A stretch of DNA of 61,067 nucleotides from Octopus bimaculoides (lineage: Eukaryota), in assembly GCF_001194135.2 (NCBI RefSeq), contig NC_068999.1, positions 17,446,073-17,507,139 of the forward strand. The letters are read 5' to 3'. Positions 54,594-61,067 of the stretch are shown here, in pieces. The notes under the pieces were generated by a model, which searched no databases, was not told the origin of the DNA, and saw only the letters and a list, made by a program, of their open reading frames with translations. A program made the translations under genes and the position numbers. The stretch's first letter is position 1. Every line of letters starts with the position of its first letter.

Positions 54594-54771
54594 CGTATGT
54601 ATAATGTATATATATATATAAGCGTATGTATAATGTATAGATATATTTATATGTGTATATATATATATATGTGTATATATATATATGCATATATATATGT
54701 GTGTGTATAGAAATATTTGTAGATATATACAAATAAATGTAAATATAAGTTTACACGCACATATGCACGCA

Positions 54772-54813
<42 letters not shown>

Positions 54814-54850
54814 TGCATGTGTGTGTATGTACACTCACACGCTCACACAC
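54510..54850. repeat. (TA)n-rich compound microsatellite with a 29-bp tandem duplication
   Basis: Direct reading; ATAAGCGTATGTATAATGTATA occurs twice near 54589-54639. Confidence 0.9.
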
Positions 54851-55186
54851 TTGTTTAGGTTTTTTTTCTCAAAAACAACGATTTTGTGTTGACTGAAGTT
54901 TTAAATATGATCTTAAAGTCAGTCTATGTAAATTACAACGTGCTCTGCTTGATTATTGTGTTGGGTTTTAAATAATTTTCTGTATATTCTATAGTTCTGG
55001 TGAATTTACTTTCCCTCTCTGATATTCCAACGTATTTGGATGCAATTCAGCTGCAAACTAATGTTCAGAGGAAATAATCTCATTATGTGAAATATATTAC
55101 AAAGGTTTTTCATATTCGTGTATTAATATCAACTTTTACCGACTTGATTTGATCTTTTATCAAAGGTAATTTTCTACAGATATTAT

Positions 55187-55263
55187 TTATCCTTTGTTTT
55201 GAAGACAGTAGTCTAGGAATTGTTCTACATCGTATAATCGAATTTCTTGACTTGCAAATTCTT
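55187..55263 (-). CDS. Candidate terminal exon of a minus-strand gene
   Basis: Acceptor GCTTCTTTAG; phase 1 reads xEFASQEIRLYDVEQFLDYCLQNKG*. The composition is protein-like but no homology was recognised. Confidence 0.22.
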
Positions 55264-55348
55264 CTAAAGAAGCATTCACTTAATAAATTGTTCATCGTTC
55301 ATTCGTTCATTTTTCTTTTGAATATATATGCTGGACACACAGAGAAAG

Positions 55349-55379
<31 letters not shown>

Positions 55380-58116
55380 TACTCAGACACAATTGTATTT
55401 TCTCACGTGTATGTAGTTGCGTGTCTGTCTTACGCGTGTTTGTGTATGTGTAGTTAGAGACGCACCGTATTTGCAAATACCTTTTGATAAAGAACACGTG
55501 ATCACATTTATAAACAAGTGAATATTCAATGGTTTCGCATTCATATCTTTCTCTATAACATTAATGTTTTCTGGAACTAAATTGTAATAAAACTTCCGAC
55601 TCACAGACATAATTCACAGAGAAATCCATCTAACCTAATGAACACCTATTGAACATATTCATAAATATCATATTATAGATTCCTATTCAAGTATGAGTTT
55701 TTACATTTCTATGAAAGTTAAATGAAGTTAGGTAACATTTGATGTTCAATTTCAGCGTTGCCGTTGTTGCTGCCGGTGGTTATGTAACTATATTGTTTAA
55801 TCCTGAGTTAGATCTGATTAGGAAGACTTATCCTATAATAAATGCAAATCACGAAACTCCTGACCATTCATAAATATCTTGTTATATTTTATCGCATGTT
55901 TCCTTCCCTATTTAAAATTTTAATGTGGAATTCGACAAATATTTACTGCCATTAAATTGACTGGCTACATAGTGTTTTCCCTGATTTGAATGGTGACTAT
56001 CGAAATGAAGGAAAGTCTTGTTTACACTATAATATTTTGTATATTTATTTCACATTCTAGCGCAATGTATTACTACTCCCAACATTAGAGACCCATCGAG
56101 TAAGTGTCAGACATATGATACATTCTATTCATTGTAATATAACATCCAAAATAGCAATTTATGGCATGTTATGTCCAATAACTAAAGCTTTTTCCCCGCT
56201 GAATTTGTCTGTAAATCTATATTGAAAATATTGACGTCCATCATTTTTACTAAAACATTACATAAGAAAATAAAATCTGACTTCCCCAAAAAGTTTTTAT
56301 TTAAAACTATTATCATAATCTCAGTCTTACCAGAGTTATCCTGTCAGTTTATCATGATTTTAGATCAAGAAGTTCTGGACTACAGGCTAATTTCTTTCCA
56401 ATGCATACCTATTCTTTGCGAAATACTTGTAATGTAATAATATATTAGATACTGCATGTGTGATACCGTGAAACCACCGTCCCTCACTTTAACTGGTTCA
56501 CAACGCGTTTGGAAAACTTCGCTCGTGCACCCTTACAACTTCTTTAGAACACGATAATTACATTTTTTTTTCAGGTAATCTTGTTATCTATAAAAGAACA
56601 TCTTAAGTGCATTTTATTATTCCACACGCTGACTTGTTTATGAGAATGCCAAGAAATTTTGATCAAAATCATATGTACTATTTTTTGTCCAAATGACATT
56701 CAATTTTCTGACCTACTAACAAAATTTTTTCTCAAAACATTGTTTTCTATATTCTCCCACCACTGAAATTAAATAATGTCTTTTGGCCACTAGTTACATT
56801 CATATCGACAGAATTTACTCCTTGTAACCATTAATTTGTAGCAAGGCTCCAGAAATTCCCTAACCCAATTAATGAAAATAAAGATTCCTTATATGGCCGA
56901 ATTGTATGATGTGCAAGATGGAAATGTCAAATTCCTTTCTCTACATATTGAATACAAACATCTAAATTCACGAAACTTTCCCTTAAGTAATATGTTTAGC
57001 AAGCACATGTAGATTATTAAGAAAGGAAAAATATTCTATAAAGTTAAAACATTTGTTTATACGAAAGCTTACATATTTAAATTTTCGTTTATTTCTTTTT
57101 AAAAATCTCCTCGTTATACAATGACAACATTTTAACCTTTTGGGTTTAGAAAATAAATGGACTTAGAACCACTATGTTGGCCACGTGATGGCATTTCTGT
57201 GAATATCGCTTCTGCTGAAGAATACTTCATAAACAAACCTATATTTGAATGTTTTTGACTAAATGCCAATAACTCATGATATAAGCCAAACAGAATAAGC
57301 CCAAAATTTAGAACTCAAAAATGAAAGAAATAAAGAAAGAAAGAAAGCAGCAAACCAAATTTTGAATAACATGCACTTATTACTTAGATCAAGGCGGTAA
57401 GCAAGAGAGCTGCATAAAATAATGTCTGATTGAAAGTAGTTATTTGGACGGAAGATCAAAAGCCATATTTGCCAATGAGATACTCGCTGAATTCTGATTC
57501 TCAAATTTCATACAATTGAGGTTGGTCATGACTGCCTGTAGTACTACATTAACTAATATCATGTAATGATACATTTTGGCCGACTATAACTGTATGTGAT
57601 TGAAAATTATATAAAAAGTATGTCGTTTTATTATTGATTGGGAGAGACAAATGTATGTAAACAATGGTAAATGACATTTTATATTGCATGTAACTCAAGA
57701 GAGATTTAAGAGACAGTTTTTGGAAAAGCCGCAGATCGTAAACTAAGCTAACAGCAGACGACTCTTTGAAGTTCATTAATTAACCGTTATTCTCAAAATA
57801 GAGCTGACTACCACCAAACACACACACACGCCAGCGCGCACGCATATACACAAACAAACACACGCATACATACAATCACAAACATATATGAATTTAAATA
57901 TGCATACATGTACATCCACAACGAAGAATAAAATCTTCAATATTAGTACACAATTTAGAACAGGTTTTAAATATATATACCAAAGATATTGAAAATAGCA
58001 TCAGAACGATTTACATCTCTTTGTCATATTTCTATCTGTCTAACTGTCCGTTTGCTTGCCTGTGTGTCTGTCAGTCTGTCTCTCAGAGTCTCATTCACAC
58101 ATCGTTATGTATATAT

Positions 58117-58877
58117 CAGATATGCACCTATATATACAAGTAGATGTAGGTATGCGCATACCTGTACGTATATATGCATATACTCATTTATTATTTGTTT
58201 TACATGATCGAACGCCCGCGTCATTACCTGTAAGTAGTTTTTGAACTTTATATTTTCTGACGCGACTATCTCTATAACTTTTTCCTCTTCTCGTTCTTCC
58301 TTCTGTTACTACTATATCTCTCTTTCCTCCTCTCGTTCTTCCTTCTATTACTACTGTATTTCGCTCTTCCTCTTGTTGCTCACCTATTTTCTACTTCTTC
58401 CCCTTGTTTCTCCCTCTACCACACTATCTCTTCCTTACCCCTCGCTGGTCACATGTGTTCACTTAATTCTTTTCTTCCCTGGCTATCGCCGACCAAACAC
58501 GCGAACTTACTTCGTCCCGCTTCCAGTTCGTTGCTTCACAGCGTTCAACATACACAATTTTTCCCGTTTGGCCGTATAGCCTTTTCCGTTTGTTTTCCTC
58601 TTGTTTTCTGTCCGCCACTACATTCCTCCATGGTACAAGTTTAATTTGTGTATACAAATTTAATTTGTGGTCCGTGGGAAGAGCCATTATAACGATGCAT
58701 CCTGCCCTACTCTTCGAAACGCCTGTGTTAGAATGGGTGTAGCTGGTGAAGGAAAATGTTCTCTATGTGGCCTGTGTGTGTTCTGTACTCTGGTTATTTT
58801 TTGTTTGCAATGTCCTATACCCAGATATGCACCTATATATAGAGGTAGACGTAGGTATGCACATACCTGTACGTATA
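58117..58877 (+). repeat. About 760-bp interspersed repeat bounded by 56-bp direct repeats (possibly a Penelope-type terminal repeat)
   Basis: 58117-58172 and 58822-58877 match at 52/56. The interior is pyrimidine-rich with a 42-bp tandem duplication (58281-58364) and a GAAGAG/CTCTTC stem immediately before GAAACG (58678-58721). Confidence 0.5.
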
Positions 58878-58888
58878 NNNNNNNNNNG

Positions 58889-59308
58889 TTGTATTTCTGT
58901 AATTTCAACCAATCACTGACGTCTATTCAGCTGTATATAGTTACTGCTGTTCAGTGTCAAGTGTGTTATTCCCTGTTTAATTATATCATTATTCCCTAGT
59001 AAGGGTTTAGGGTTCGGGTTTTAGGGTTATGAGTTATAGGGTTAGAGTTAAGGTTATGGCAAAAATAATCATAACCCTAGCCGTAATCCTAAAACTAACC
59101 CTAACTCTAAAACCCGAACCCTAACCCTAAAGCTAAAACCAGTACAAGCGCACGAATGATGTCATAAATAAGAGTAACACGGGTAGTTGTTGTTGAAAAA
59201 CAACGGGACTAATTTTATTCAAGGAAAAAGATCCCATGACACCGTTACGGCATTAATTGTTTTCACCTCAATAGACGTCAGTGATTGGTTGAAATTACCG
59301 AAATACAA
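58889..59308. mobile_element. Non-autonomous TIR element (MITE) with internal inverted telomere-like arrays
   Basis: 39-bp TIRs at 58889-58927 and 59270-59308 match at 38/39. Degenerate (TTAGGG)n lies at 59002-59058 and degenerate (CCCTAA)n at 59070-59140. The left end abuts a 10-N gap. Confidence 0.85.
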
Positions 59309-60379
59309 TTTTTTACATAAAATAACTTCGAATACAAAATGTTTTATCTGTTCTATACCACAAAATATATAAATATTCGAAGTTTGAAAGTGTTTCGGTA
59401 CCAAAAACACTACAAAAAAAAAATGTTGCCCGTCAAACCGCAAAGATCCAAAAGCACAAGTAACAGAATAGAAAAATTATGCTCGGGTCAATGACTCAAC
59501 AAAAACAACGCCCCTCAAACAAACACACATATATAAAAAAAATACGCCATGGTCCACAAACACATAAGAATAGCATATAATATAAAATTAATACATATAT
59601 ATAAAGAGTACAATTTTAAGAAGCATATATTCTTATAAAAATACAAATATATCTAATTCGAGTTAAAAATATATATAAAAACGTAAAATATATTTTTTAT
59701 ATATAATAGAATACCAAAGGTCTAAAAATTAAATAAGGCGACTAAAAATTCAAAATACCAGTCCTATTAGACAAATAAATAATATGAAGATAAAATAATA
59801 TGAAATAATTGTCCACCGACTAAAGATTTTAACTCATGATTAAAATACTTTTTAAATAATTTAACGTCATTCGCAGGTAATTAAAAGATATATATATATA
59901 TAATATTTTTTTCAACATTTTTGAAATAGTCTAATACTTTCCTCAACCGCTACAACTTCAAATAAAGCCGTCTTCCAAGGTAAAATCCCAAACACCCAGA
60001 AAAAACTTGTCTCTCCTCGTAAAACCTTTCAAACGTTCAAATAAGCACACCGGTGCAAAGCAACACACCCGAGAACCTTTGGCCATTTCAGGAGTTCACT
60101 ACCGTAGTTCAATTAAAGCAAGGTATAATCCGTTCATCAGGATAACAGTTACATTCGCATCGGCTTTATGTGAAGAAAGCAATTATGCGTTTTAATAAGG
60201 CTTATATAGCCTAAAGAGAACACAGCTGCAGACTATTCCACATCACTAAGGGGAACAAAAATGTTAAACATTTTAAATGGCTGTTGTAACTAATATAACC
60301 TCGCAGGTTTCAAATCACTCTAGCGCTAATAATTATTACTTATTTTTTTAATTTTTATTCCTATATGCTTTTAAGAAGG

Positions 60380-60900
60380 TGGATAAAAACCTATGATTAC
60401 AGAAGGGAATCACTACAGTAAATCTATTTGAGGTTTTCGGTCCGAAAGACGTAAGGATAGCAAGGGATTCCCTAACACAATAGACAATTACTAAAATTTA
60501 CTCTAAACTAACGGGCTCTCGATATAATCGACCATTCCAGAGAATTCTTGTTATTATTCTTTTTAAGGTCGTGCAAATGTGGTGCGAGTGGTGTAGAGAT
60601 GCAATATTTTTCACTTGAAAAAGTACCCATATGGCTTTAAAATTCACAGTTCGGCCTATATACCTATAAATATGTGCGTGTGTGACCTTGTGTGTGTGTT
60701 CGTTTGTATGTATATACGGAAATATAAGGAATAATTTGAGACACATGTATACATATACATATATGTATATGTACACATATATACATATGTATAAATACAT
60801 ATAACATATTCTAGGCGTGTTGTTGCGTGAGTAGCCTGAAGATTTGAAACGAGTAATTTTGGAGAAAACACCCAAGCATATAAATAAAATGTTATATTTA
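60380..60900 (-). mobile_element. Penelope-like element, GIY-YIG endonuclease C-terminal remnant
   Basis: Minus strand: YIGRT (60648-60662), then with frameshifts STPLAPHLHDLKKNNNKNSLEWSIISRAR and CLLC/RESLAILTSFGPKTSNRFTVVIPFCNHR. These match the Penelope pattern LSxHIWxLK...WSII and CxLCxxExxxI...NKR...CRH. A microsatellite-like tract interrupts 60665-60810. Confidence 0.78.
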
Positions 60901-61026
60901 GAGGTATGGAAACGTTTTTTGCTTACTTGCAAGAGACGCAAACACACACGGGCACACACGCATATACACACCCATAGTCACGTAAACGTACACCTATTTA
61001 TGAATGTATATGAATATATATATATA

Positions 61027-61062
<36 letters not shown>

Positions 61063-61067
61063 CATAT

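Noticed and set aside
56839-56985. Plus-strand open frame QGSRNSLTQLMKIKIPYMAELYDVQDGNVKF
   Set aside because: No homology recognised and the donor is weak.
58671-58724. Functional hammerhead at GAAGAG...CTCTTC-GAAAC
   Set aside because: The seven bases before the stem (TCCGTGG) do not match CUGANGA.
59002-59140. True telomere-telomere chromosome fusion site
   Set aside because: The arrays are short, degenerate, mirror each other's variants and sit inside TIRs, which fits a transposon hairpin better.

Overview
This window is AT-rich, repeat-dense eukaryotic DNA with ten N-gaps (about 3.5 kb in total, most abutting (TA)n tracts). The SINE families and microsatellite load match what I recognise from Octopus/coleoid cephalopod genomes; that taxon call is inference. 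No long intact CDS is visible, and nearly all ORF-track entries are microsatellite or gap artefacts. Well-supported features: a decayed near-full-length Tc1 transposase (2574-3490), an RTE LINE 3' fragment (25625-26175), a Penelope-like GIY-YIG remnant (60380-60900), about 13 tRNA-derived SINE copies, two copies of a mariner-derived MITE, a piggyBac-like MITE and three foldback/TIR elements. A few short segments have good splice signals and may be exons of unidentified host genes, but I recognise no protein. I found no convincing new biological system. The best leads are a TIR element carrying head-to-head telomere-like arrays, long hairpins and inverted SINE pairs that could be ADAR substrates, hammerhead-like relics, 3' tail swapping in one SINE family, a candidate recursive-splicing exon, a duplicated X-box-like motif, and isolated 52-77 bp direct repeats.
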